Below, piece after piece: positions 48,401 through 57,600 of a stretch of 64,000 nucleotides of DNA. This DNA comes from a virus, in IMG/VR virus record IMGVR_UViG_3300042474_001633, positions 32,001-96,000 of that record. One strand, written 5' to 3'. The position numbers and the translations under genes were made by a program. The notes under the pieces were generated by a model. That model saw only the letters and a list, made by a program, of their open reading frames with translations. It ran no database searches and was not told the origin of the DNA. Position 1 is the stretch's first letter. Each line of letters opens with the position of its first letter.

Positions 48401-51400
48401 CAAGAACAAAAATGCGTCCAACAGTTTCGGAACGAATCGCAAAACTAACAGGAAGACAGAGACGCAGAACCGCTTCGTTAAGCAAACCAGCAGAACAAGC
48501 AAAAACGAAAAAGAGACTAAATATTGGTTTCGCCAATGGAGAGCCAGTCGGTTTATTTTTTGGCAAAACAACTACCGGCCGCCGCCTAAACACGCTCTCC
48601 CCATTGGCGATGACCGAATCCGAGATGGCGGAAATAACCAAGTCAATCGAGGAGAATCTAGACATTCTCGAAAACAACCTACGTAGAAGACTTGGCTACC
48701 CAGATTTGAATCAGCCAATTTCAACAGTCGATGCCGCAGCGAGAATTGAAGAAGTACGTAAAACTTCTGGAAGATTTGCAGGAATTCTAGAAACAGACCT
48801 ACACAACATGATTGCGCTTTCCAGGGCTCAAGAATCAAACGATATTCTCTACATAAACGACCTAAAACCTGCATTGCGTAACAAAATTTTAGAAAACGTT
48901 TCTTCTAGCTATTTGGAAATTGGCTTGTCGTCCGGGAACAAGAGATATGACGTTGTTCCGCACAAGGGTAGGCCGGCAGCAGCCAAAAAAGTAATAAAAC
49001 TGCCGCAGCGGGCTCCGCTCATGGTTTCAGAATCATCCCTTGCTCCGGACCCGTCGACCGTGGGAACTGGTCCTGACTTAACTCCAGGAGTTGGAAATGC
49101 CCAGCTAGGCATTGAATACGAGGCGAGCACTGGTCTCTACAAGGATTCCGTCAGTCTCGAATACATAGAAGACTACTCAAACCTCCCAATTGAGCAAACG
49201 GCAATCTACGACCCGGTTCTTCCTGATGAGACAAAAACGTACCCACGAGTTTCGATTACCCCAGCTGGGGTATTCCCAACCAGATTCGCAACATTGGCTC
49301 CAGAAGTGAATCCGGATGGCGATGCAATTAAACCTGGTGACGTTGCCACAAGAACATTCAAGGACGCAATCGAAGCTTACATATCATCTCGGGTGCTAAC
49401 TGGAAAAGCGAAGACGGACCCAACCGCAGCGGCAGTCGACAGAATACTTGGAAGAAATGTCGAAGCCGAGTCGCTTAGGGCAAACATACTTGCTCGAGTT
49501 GACGCGAGAGGATACAAGCCCACGAAGACGAACGGCGACCCTGTCTTTTCTGTGCCTCCGACACTTGGTCAACTCACGTTTGCTGAAATGCAGGCTCTTG
49601 CAAATAGCTCAATTGAATCAAATCCAGATTCAAGCATGACCGACTTGGGTCTAACATTTTCTTCAGTTAGCCCCAATGCAGAACTTGGTTCGATAGCTGG
49701 GAAGAGGGCATTTGAGGATGTTTTCAGAACTTCCTTCATTGATGGTTTAGGTCTAGATATGGATTTGGAACCATCACTCTTTTATATCCCTTCTGAGTCC
49801 GTAAAAGGCAACGACATAAACGAGATGCTTGTCGACATAAACAGAGCATTGCAGCTTCAAAATGCCGCCGACCTGCTGCGTGCTTCCCTCTCTAGTTCAT
49901 TCTCGGATGCCAAGGCTGCCAAGCTACAACAACTACAAGACGAGGCAAATGACGCATGGCAGCAGGCATCAAAAACTTTATCTACGTCTTACAGGGATGC
50001 GGCAACAGCCCGGAACGATGCCCTCGCGATACTCAGCGATAACCCTAAGAATAAATCTGCCATGAGTATGTATTTACAGATGGGCGCAAGAGCAGAAGCA
50101 GCGAAGATGCTTCTTGATAAACACATAACATCAAATCAGGTGGCTTTGGACGCAATTACGGCGATGAGGCGTACCGAACTTGAAGGAATGGCAAAATCTA
50201 GAAATCAGCGTAAGCGCGCAATGCTCGACAGGGTGAAAGCAAGGGCAAATAAAGGAATTCCTCGCAATGAGGGAGCCTTTGACGCAACACCAGAACTCCT
50301 TGACCCATGGGGAACGGCGACTCCTCCGTTACAGCCTCGCTCCCTGGATGACATCCTCGCCGTGAGGGCTCAGCATCGAGCCGAGGGTCTGTATGACGAC
50401 CCAACTCAAGGTATCGCTCAGCTAGCAGAAGAACAAATTGATGCACTCGTTGCAATGGATGTCATACAAAAAAAAGCCGCAGATGCTATGCAGGGCAATG
50501 GGGATGGTAGCGACCCAAGCAAATTTACCGGCATGGAAAATACGCCTATGTACGGTGCGGATTTCGACTACACACAGAGAGCCGACGTGCAGGTTGCTCA
50601 CTTTTGGTATTACAACGGTTCTAGCAGCTTGCCGGTGCTGGTCAATCAAGAAGAATTAGACGAAATTTTAACCTCTGTGGATTCTTCGGGTAATAGGCGC
50701 GCACTCGTGATAACGCGCGGCGTAAAGGCGTCAACCGGAACGACAGCGGAAAAAACGGCACAGGAAGAAGAGTGGGTAAACATGGCTCTCCGTGGAGACA
50801 GATTTGTCCCGGGAAGCGGCGGAAAGGCAGAGGGACACGGCGAGTATTGGACATTTAATCCTGGTGGTGGTTGGTCCTCGTATCATGGAGGACACGGCGG
50901 AACGATGATTGCCGTAATAACCGACCAATCGGAAATATTCCACAAAGACGTTTTTCATGCTTTGTTTTCTGGTAATTCAGGACAACTATACGAAAATCTG
51001 TGGGGAATCTATAATGCAATTGGCGCTCCTGATTCGACTGGAGTCAATGCATCTCACGGACAGCAAGTAGCAAGATTGCTGGCGCCAAACAGTGTTCTCC
51101 CAGACGCGAATACCGGACAATTCACCGCAACTCAACTTGCACAACTTGAAGACGTAGTTCAACAACTAACCGCTATCGGCCCAGACCTCACCGTAAGAAA
51201 GTCAAGTAGGTCAAGATTGAAAGCACTTGATATATCGGATGAATGGGGAGCATTCACCCTGGAGGGACTATACAGAGACAGCCCATTGGGCACTCGCCCT
51301 CCACATTCAAGCATGTCACAATCTGCATGGGAAGATATGTTTAGGGACGTTAGATTAACACCCGACACACCGGAGAATATCCGAATAATCGAAGAGACAA

Positions 51401-51837
51401 AAGCATTGCGTCAAAAAGTGAATGCTTGGTACGCTCAACATCTCAGCTGGTTCGTGCAGCTCGCGCAGATGCGCCGAGATGAATCACAACCTGGGCAAGC
51501 AGGCACAGATGCAAAAGAGTACAATACAAGACTCAATTCAGCCATGCGAAGCATTCTGTATTTAGGGGCAGAATCTCGCGCATCAATGTTGGGGGTTGAC
51601 GCATTGATTCCCGATGTGGCTCAAACGGTGCTTCCATCGGAATTATTTCAAGCTATCAGCAGGCCTGACAATCCGGCCGGGGACAGGGTGCTGATGATGA
51701 ATCGCTCAGGTATGATTATGCTGAGGACAGGAATAAAGCACTATACCGATATCGTAAGTCACCTGAGGAATCTGCAGGTCCCAAAACCAAACGGAACCGC
51801 ATACTCACCTATAAACGATAGAAACTGGGGACGTTAA
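45448..51837 (+). CDS. Giant multidomain protein with a possible C-terminal ADP-ribosyltransferase-like domain
   Basis: 2129 aa with the RCP leader motif. LPVLV..EELD...ITRGV...GDRFVPGSGG..EGHGEYW. Confidence 0.65.
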   Translation: MKKATVIRDKLSGQPFAILLPSDGKKPVAFGSSGQGRLWADWAMSSSSGALDNLDVSLTVEKDVELTDEFITSLESTFEIADLNELKFTISKKALLVIEKVKSLAGEEPAKYEQMNEDNEEELVDRWPVVDAAIATIDVAYKQNALDYKAKAFNLDSKRSSMLLQVKGVRAMWDPNMPGGGGWRCPDETVNGGQFTNRLGRGCTFGAIRRIGRALMTASLKDIAKGFDDDEVAFPSVYRAGKKLDEVGEKLKERTGKKYSRRAMRRADQLKKEQARQMLKESRPTFRQRYESLGPTVSRRNRVLIAASQTARDVADDQATRGFVSEARRRTRRQGIPTRKTPTNDTETFSNDDTITGAMSPERRAQIAEKLRTTAQDIYEGRRFARRQKKSERKQTKNSPQLNENELERSNRIATKQIDSILGVLKQRDSGREYLAGVVNSAVSNLNNWAKEKTDGLGFPNRVYTEADFDDNDVQIIERALRELKENPDKPFADQQWGRFAQLFKLWGTHNWAVNRSMPLQNNDGNVISDYIPRLKKPFGQTDVFPELWVDGRSVNEFGLRTPEELTELNNAHTTLGFLDIDTKIPDKDQTLSMLGGFYSDEEGDVFGGYYKEFIADESKFSVSAREVLANGLKRNHEIDLRKFLHNKFYGSTAWNSPKKTTNRETEITPSQSIVERFMRGLSPSRDKEQRTLERELRGKTPRSTTELRERIARRQRRRAKEQAGELVTFEDYADYEQLKINRPELVGGKRKLNEFTEPTPPNKTRMRARERWRTKPSEEGRPKVDIILRDMEPHLSSSGDVNENTIKGLDDLDRFFQAEVNHAAIARLRESALTPYDTENQDELKKIYGDWLRSFNDSDADPQPGSPSNMGLTEQTSISWVVPGEPGFLTRNLDEAWEFATSKSEEDSNFDPRTLDAVGDRIVLRANQFNGRPVVYVEDTEAQVAHLMTPDGRHLMSIVTSRDDSDEPGKVRFISGSAALEQIARTKMRPTVSERIAKLTGRQRRRTASLSKPAEQAKTKKRLNIGFANGEPVGLFFGKTTTGRRLNTLSPLAMTESEMAEITKSIEENLDILENNLRRRLGYPDLNQPISTVDAAARIEEVRKTSGRFAGILETDLHNMIALSRAQESNDILYINDLKPALRNKILENVSSSYLEIGLSSGNKRYDVVPHKGRPAAAKKVIKLPQRAPLMVSESSLAPDPSTVGTGPDLTPGVGNAQLGIEYEASTGLYKDSVSLEYIEDYSNLPIEQTAIYDPVLPDETKTYPRVSITPAGVFPTRFATLAPEVNPDGDAIKPGDVATRTFKDAIEAYISSRVLTGKAKTDPTAAAVDRILGRNVEAESLRANILARVDARGYKPTKTNGDPVFSVPPTLGQLTFAEMQALANSSIESNPDSSMTDLGLTFSSVSPNAELGSIAGKRAFEDVFRTSFIDGLGLDMDLEPSLFYIPSESVKGNDINEMLVDINRALQLQNAADLLRASLSSSFSDAKAAKLQQLQDEANDAWQQASKTLSTSYRDAATARNDALAILSDNPKNKSAMSMYLQMGARAEAAKMLLDKHITSNQVALDAITAMRRTELEGMAKSRNQRKRAMLDRVKARANKGIPRNEGAFDATPELLDPWGTATPPLQPRSLDDILAVRAQHRAEGLYDDPTQGIAQLAEEQIDALVAMDVIQKKAADAMQGNGDGSDPSKFTGMENTPMYGADFDYTQRADVQVAHFWYYNGSSSLPVLVNQEELDEILTSVDSSGNRRALVITRGVKASTGTTAEKTAQEEEWVNMALRGDRFVPGSGGKAEGHGEYWTFNPGGGWSSYHGGHGGTMIAVITDQSEIFHKDVFHALFSGNSGQLYENLWGIYNAIGAPDSTGVNASHGQQVARLLAPNSVLPDANTGQFTATQLAQLEDVVQQLTAIGPDLTVRKSSRSRLKALDISDEWGAFTLEGLYRDSPLGTRPPHSSMSQSAWEDMFRDVRLTPDTPENIRIIEETKALRQKVNAWYAQHLSWFVQLAQMRRDESQPGQAGTDAKEYNTRLNSAMRSILYLGAESRASMLGVDALIPDVAQTVLPSELFQAISRPDNPAGDRVLMMNRSGMIMLRTGIKHYTDIVSHLRNLQVPKPNGTAYSPINDRNWGR

Positions 51838-52217
51838 TGAGCAATGCAAACATCGACTCAGACGATGCGAGATATCAGTACAATCGCGGAAAATTTATAG
51901 ACAAATACTTTGACCTGTTCGAAAACTTGAATTTTCCACCTATGTTCATCGCAGGTCAAGACCTTGTCGCAGGTGAATATGAAATGGCTCTCAAGGAAGC
52001 GTACATTGATGGATTATCAGTACCCAGAATAGATTTCGTCACCGGTGATGCAAAACCATTTTCCGAATTTGAATCTAAATTCAAAAAAGAAATAGATGAA
52101 GCAAAGAAATTTAGAAGTGCAACAAACGACAACCACCGATTGGCCTTGGATTTGTATGCAAAAGAAAATGGTGAACTTCACGAGTCGGAGTACATGAAGC
52201 AACAAAAGAGACCGTAA
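51837..52217 (+). CDS. Hypothetical protein coupled to the preceding giant gene
   Basis: TAATG overlaps at both ends; 126 aa. Confidence 0.7.
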   Translation: MSNANIDSDDARYQYNRGKFIDKYFDLFENLNFPPMFIAGQDLVAGEYEMALKEAYIDGLSVPRIDFVTGDAKPFSEFESKFKKEIDEAKKFRSATNDNHRLALDLYAKENGELHESEYMKQQKRP

Positions 52218-54571
52218 TGAAAAATGAAGAAGAGTTAGTCCCTAAGCTTTTCTCTAAAAAGAAAAAACGCACACGTAAGCGTTCTGCTGGAGAACATCGT
52301 GACGGATGGGAAAATTTGGGGGAACGTGGCGTTGTCAGAATAGATGCAAGCCCTGGTGGTGGAATAACAGGGGTTAATGTCGGCGGTATTTCTGGAAAGG
52401 GAGTGCCACGGGTCGGCCGTAGATTGGGCTCAATAGGTAGGGCTGCAAGAAGGAAATTTCAAAAAGTTTCACGAGATGGTGACGGTGATGGAAAATGGAC
52501 AAACCCCCTTACGGGTGAAGACAATTTGCCATACAACCCTTCTGGAAAACCAGACGCGACTGATTTGCCTGGTGCAATAAACCTACCAAGCCCCAGCGAC
52601 ACAAATGGTCGGCAACGACGCAAGTTTCTTTCAGATATGGAAAATCACGTAATGAGATTGACCACTGGGGGGATAGATTCTCTGGAAGTTGAAATTGAAG
52701 ACAGAATCACAGCAATGCAGTTGAGAGGCCGGGTTCACTACTGGAATAGACCGGGAACCAGGGATATAAAAACTTCTTACAATGGAAATAAATTCAGAGC
52801 CTACGCTTCAACTGGTCCTAAGTCTGGGAAAAAAGTAACAATTAGCGGAGCAATGGCGTCCGGTCCACCCAGGAATGAAACACCCTACATCGGTGACGAA
52901 AAACTGATTGAAGAGCAGGCAAACCAAACACAAAAGTTTTTGCGCTGGAAGCAGAATGACGATTGGAAAAATTTCCACATTGAGCATTACGACTGGTGGA
53001 CATTCCCAATAGACAAAGGCTCTGGACCGTACGGATTTATGTACGACGTCAGTGGCGAGCCACTTGAAAGGCTTAAACAAAACCAGAGTTATCTTGCATC
53101 GATTCGAGATGCAGCTTCCGCCTACATGGAAAGCCTTGGATGGAACATGAGAACCGGGTGGTGGATTCCAAATCCAAGACCAGACCAAAAACCTAACGGG
53201 AACATAAATCAACAGCGTTTGTTTAAAATAGGACGGTCGCTTCAAATACACGAACTGAATGATTCTTTCAATTCTGTGCGGCACCTAGTGGAGACACTGA
53301 AGGCTAATGGGGTGCGCGTAGGGAACGATGAATACTGGTCAAATCCGAGCAAATACACACCAAGGTCTCGTTTTAAAGATTCTGATGGCGTTGTTGGAAG
53401 GATGGCTCTCGGAATTAGTCCAAAAGCATTCAAGGGTCACCAGGAGTTAATTGACCCAATGGATGCCAGCTTCAGGAGGGTGTGGAATGATAGAGATGAA
53501 CGAAATGCAATTAAAAGCAAAATAAAAAATGATTTGACTTTTGATTGGAAGGACGAAAACTCGCGCAGGGATTATATTAATAAACTTTGGAGAAATGACC
53601 TAACCCCAGAATACGCAAATTTTGCTAAAAAGATTTCTCCGCAAACAAGAAATTCTGCTGATGGAAAAACCGGTCTAAACCCAATACTGAAGGAAAACCT
53701 TGGCCTCATAAATGATTTGGGTGTTCACTGGACATCACGAACGGGTGCGCGCGGTCAAGCAACATTTCGAGACCAATATGGCTCCCTGTTCGGGCACGCC
53801 ACAACACCAATGGGAGAGGACGCATACGCCAATCAAGTCAGAGATATTCTAGGCTATTTTGCACCGACGATTAATCCAGATTTGTATTGGAATAGATTTG
53901 AATCGTGGATTAGGAATCCATTTTCTGTAGTTCGTGATAAAAAGACCGGAAACGACATAGGAGTGCGACTTTACTTCAATGACGACAGAGATGAGCTGGT
54001 TAAAGAATTTAATAAAAGAATTACACGTCTCTATGCAGCTGTCGCCGAGGCATACGGCCATAGGCCCGAAGACAAGCCTTTTATTCCCTTGCCCGAACAT
54101 GAGGAAATGGACACCTTTTCACAAGATGATGTTTTGGAGTACATCCGAAAGCAGATGAATGCGTTGATTAATTCCCCCGAGCTGCCCATGCACCAAACAC
54201 CAACGGTTGAAGCGTTGAGAAAAGAACTTATTGAGTACATGTCGGTCAGCAATCCACAGAGCATCGATAATTTGGCGCCGATTACGTCAACCTGGTTTGA
54301 GGAATACCTCAAAAGAAACCAGCCTGGATATCTAAAGCGCACGCTGAATTCAAATCCAAACTTTCTGCGTCGAAGCCTCGCTGACGACCTGGACGCAAAC
54401 AAACGCAGGGACTTGGTGGAAATGATGGAGATTGTCTTGTCTTATCCTGGTAATTCGAACCTGAGCGCAGAGCGACTCAAGCGTTCTCACTTTCCAGAAA
54501 AAGATTTCACAGAAGAGATGATTCAAGAAGAAAGAGATAGGCAGGTGGGGATAAAAAATGTCAACAGTTGA
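52217..54571 (+). CDS. Multidomain protein with an OGFr/DUF1810-like domain
   Basis: 784 aa. FHIEHYDWWTFPID...RLFKIGRSL lies between ISGAM and VVGRM motifs. Confidence 0.6.
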   Translation: MKNEEELVPKLFSKKKKRTRKRSAGEHRDGWENLGERGVVRIDASPGGGITGVNVGGISGKGVPRVGRRLGSIGRAARRKFQKVSRDGDGDGKWTNPLTGEDNLPYNPSGKPDATDLPGAINLPSPSDTNGRQRRKFLSDMENHVMRLTTGGIDSLEVEIEDRITAMQLRGRVHYWNRPGTRDIKTSYNGNKFRAYASTGPKSGKKVTISGAMASGPPRNETPYIGDEKLIEEQANQTQKFLRWKQNDDWKNFHIEHYDWWTFPIDKGSGPYGFMYDVSGEPLERLKQNQSYLASIRDAASAYMESLGWNMRTGWWIPNPRPDQKPNGNINQQRLFKIGRSLQIHELNDSFNSVRHLVETLKANGVRVGNDEYWSNPSKYTPRSRFKDSDGVVGRMALGISPKAFKGHQELIDPMDASFRRVWNDRDERNAIKSKIKNDLTFDWKDENSRRDYINKLWRNDLTPEYANFAKKISPQTRNSADGKTGLNPILKENLGLINDLGVHWTSRTGARGQATFRDQYGSLFGHATTPMGEDAYANQVRDILGYFAPTINPDLYWNRFESWIRNPFSVVRDKKTGNDIGVRLYFNDDRDELVKEFNKRITRLYAAVAEAYGHRPEDKPFIPLPEHEEMDTFSQDDVLEYIRKQMNALINSPELPMHQTPTVEALRKELIEYMSVSNPQSIDNLAPITSTWFEEYLKRNQPGYLKRTLNSNPNFLRRSLADDLDANKRRDLVEMMEIVLSYPGNSNLSAERLKRSHFPEKDFTEEMIQEERDRQVGIKNVNS

Positions 54572-54674
54572 CACCAGGCTTTCACTACTCCCGCCATCGA
54601 GCACTCGTAAAGTAAGATTGTTTCATCTGCTTCTATCGCAAATCAGCGATATTCGAGAAAATTAACGAGCCTCC

Positions 54675-57600
54675 ATGGATGATTCCGCAGAAATGCAAAA
54701 CATAGAAGAAAAGGTGATTTTTGGCGCTCGCGTCGTGAATCCATCCGACCCCGACGTGTTTGACAACCCGGATTCGGCCAGAGTTAGAGCAAGACAAATC
54801 GGTTGCATTGGAATCAGAAGATATAACAACCGAAGCGGAGCCGCATCATGGATGCCATGCACAAACGAATCTGACTACAGGAGAGTATCTGGCATCGGCC
54901 ACTCAGGTAGAAGATTTAGAAGACAAGAAATTGAGCGCGAGGTACGCAGGGTAATCGGCGGTCGTGGTGGTCGCAAGGTCGACTCCAAAAGCGCAAACTA
55001 TACAAAACCAGAGGTTCGAGAAACTCTAAAGAAAAGAATTATGGCTGGCTCAAAGGGTGGAAACCCGGGTCAGTGGAGTGCAAGGAAGGCTCAGCTACTT
55101 GCAATCGCATACAGAAAAGCTGGTGGTGGCTACAAGGGTGGAAAGACAAAAAAACAACGTTCACTTTCGAAGTGGACAAAACAAAAGTGGCGCACTTCTG
55201 ACGGCAAACCTGCTCGTCGTGGAAACGTGACGCGACGCTATCTTCCTGCAGCAGCATGGAACCGTCTAACTGTCGGCCAACGAGCCGCAACGAATAGAAA
55301 AAAAATTCAAGGGAGCAGAGAGGGACGTCAGTTCGTTGAAAACACAGAAGCAGCGAAGCGTGCACGCAAGCGTTCGACCCGCGGGCAAAAACACATCGAG
55401 TTTTACGAGGATTTCGAGTTTAAGGCAATCGGCTCACGGATAGGAAAAGTAACAAGACAAAGAAATTTTGGCTCATCCACTGGTGGGCGGGTAGCTAGAA
55501 GAATAGGTGGAAAGCTTCGCGGTGCATTCGCTACCTTCGACCCCAGTGCAAGAGACGCAGATGGAGACAACATCGTCCAGGAAGGAACTATTCAAGAACG
55601 ACGTATTGGTACGAGAATCACCCAGGCTGCACGGAGAGCTGCCGCAAGTACACCAGACAACATTGGAAGAATACGACGTCAACCACAGGTTGATGAAGCA
55701 CGTGCTTTTGGTAGAGCTGAACGACTTGCCGACGGAAGATACGCGACAACGCTTCCTTCTAGTATTGCGCGGACACAGCCTTCACCAAGAAAAATTCGAA
55801 GAGGTTCTACACAGACTAGACGCATCGAAGAGACCAAGCCGAAAAAAATACGTCAGTCAAAGCGCCCAGAGACCAAGCCAACAACGGAAATCCGTGCGGC
55901 AGTGCGTGATGCAAAACCGGAGCCGAAACTATACCCACCTCAGTACGAGCGTGACGCAATTCGAAGCATTAGGGATAGTCGTCCAGAAATATACAGACAG
56001 TTCATCACTGGTGAATCAACTGTTGCCGAAATTGCAGACCGATTTGATGTCGTTAGGGACGAAATACAACAAGCGATTAACCAACATAAAAAGTTAAGAA
56101 AATCGAACCGGAATAAATTCACAAACAACAATCCACGATTAACCAGAGCAATTGAAAAGTTTTCCAACTCCAGAAACGCATTCACGGAAGCAATATCCGA
56201 AGGCAGGTTCCGAGACTGGGACTCCATGGTTCAATACGTTTTTAGAAATCCTGATTCATCAAAAAATCGCGACAATATGGTTCAAGACCTGTTCGACACA
56301 TTCAAGACAGGAAGGAACCCGGACCGCTCAAGCAATATAAGTCTTGGCTATGTGCCAAGTGTTAGAGAAGATGACAAGAGACTTGTAAAAACTTTCTCCG
56401 ACTCACGCAAACCGCGACCAGGATTCCGCGGTCTCGACCAGTTCGAAGTGCAGCCAAAGAGAACTACTTCTGCTGCTTCCTTTGAACAGCGCACTCCGCG
56501 TTCGTACAGAAGAGACGACTTGATTGCAGACGCAATGGCTGGTGGTTACACAATCACCGGCAAGATGTCGGGCTCAATGACGCCAAAACAGGAGCAAGAG
56601 TGGAAAAGGAAAGAATGGAAGCGCCAGCAACTCAAAGGATTTGCCATCGACCCGAATGCTTCTGCGAAATTCCCTTCATTAAACGCAGTTCTTGCTGGCA
56701 GAGACGTAACCAAGTCCATAGAGGCGCTTGATGCTCTTGACGATACCCAATTGGATAATTTATGGACATCGACAATTGGAGATATATCTTCGGTCCCTGG
56801 GATGTCCGTTCCTGCATATCAAGCAAAGAATGCGCCACTGTCCCCGAGGGAGCTTGCTCTTGCCGCATCAGTTAAGAGACCGCTAGTTAAAGCGTTTGTT
56901 GATGAATACAAGAAGTTTAATGCAGGTGGCCTAATTGCCGGCCTGGATATCGATGCAATGAGTGATGCTGATATTCAGTCATTCTTCAATACTTTTGTTT
57001 TGCCAGAGTTAACAAACACAGGCTCGCCTTCTGTGCAGGACGTCGAGCAGGCAGCACAACTTCTTCCAACCCAAGCAAGACTGTCAGATGCAGAAAGACT
57101 ACTAGCGGCGCTACCGTCATCATTTCAAACTCTTGAATACAGAATGAAGGTCGGTCGCAAGGTGCTTGCCGAAGAGGGGTACGACGTTGATACCCCAGAA
57201 TTCGACGCAGCTCTTCAAAGATTCCTCGATGAATCAGAGCAAAAGGACTTAGACAATTTCAACGAACAGCTAACCACTTGGCTCAATGGCGGGAAGCCAG
57301 TAAAAGCAGTTAAGAAAATCCCAATCAATCCGGATACAAACGAACCTTACACAGAACAAGAACTGCGAGACCAGATTGACGCCGTATCCGAGGCAATTGA
57401 AGTAATTCAGGAAAATTTTGACCCTGAAATGTTCAATGAATTGCAGCAGATAAACGGCATAACTTCTCTCCTAAATGAAGCAATGGCTCTTGAGACATTC
57501 CTAAATGACCCTACAAAAGTTCCCGACGAAAGCCTTCTGCCGATAAACACATCAACTGGGAAACCGTATACGTTGCGCGAATGGATTGAGTCTGGGGCAT

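Noticed and set aside
55507-56097. 196-aa ORF and other short track ORFs beyond 54.7 kb
   Set aside because: These are alternative-frame or antisense shadows of the giant ORF starting at 54675.
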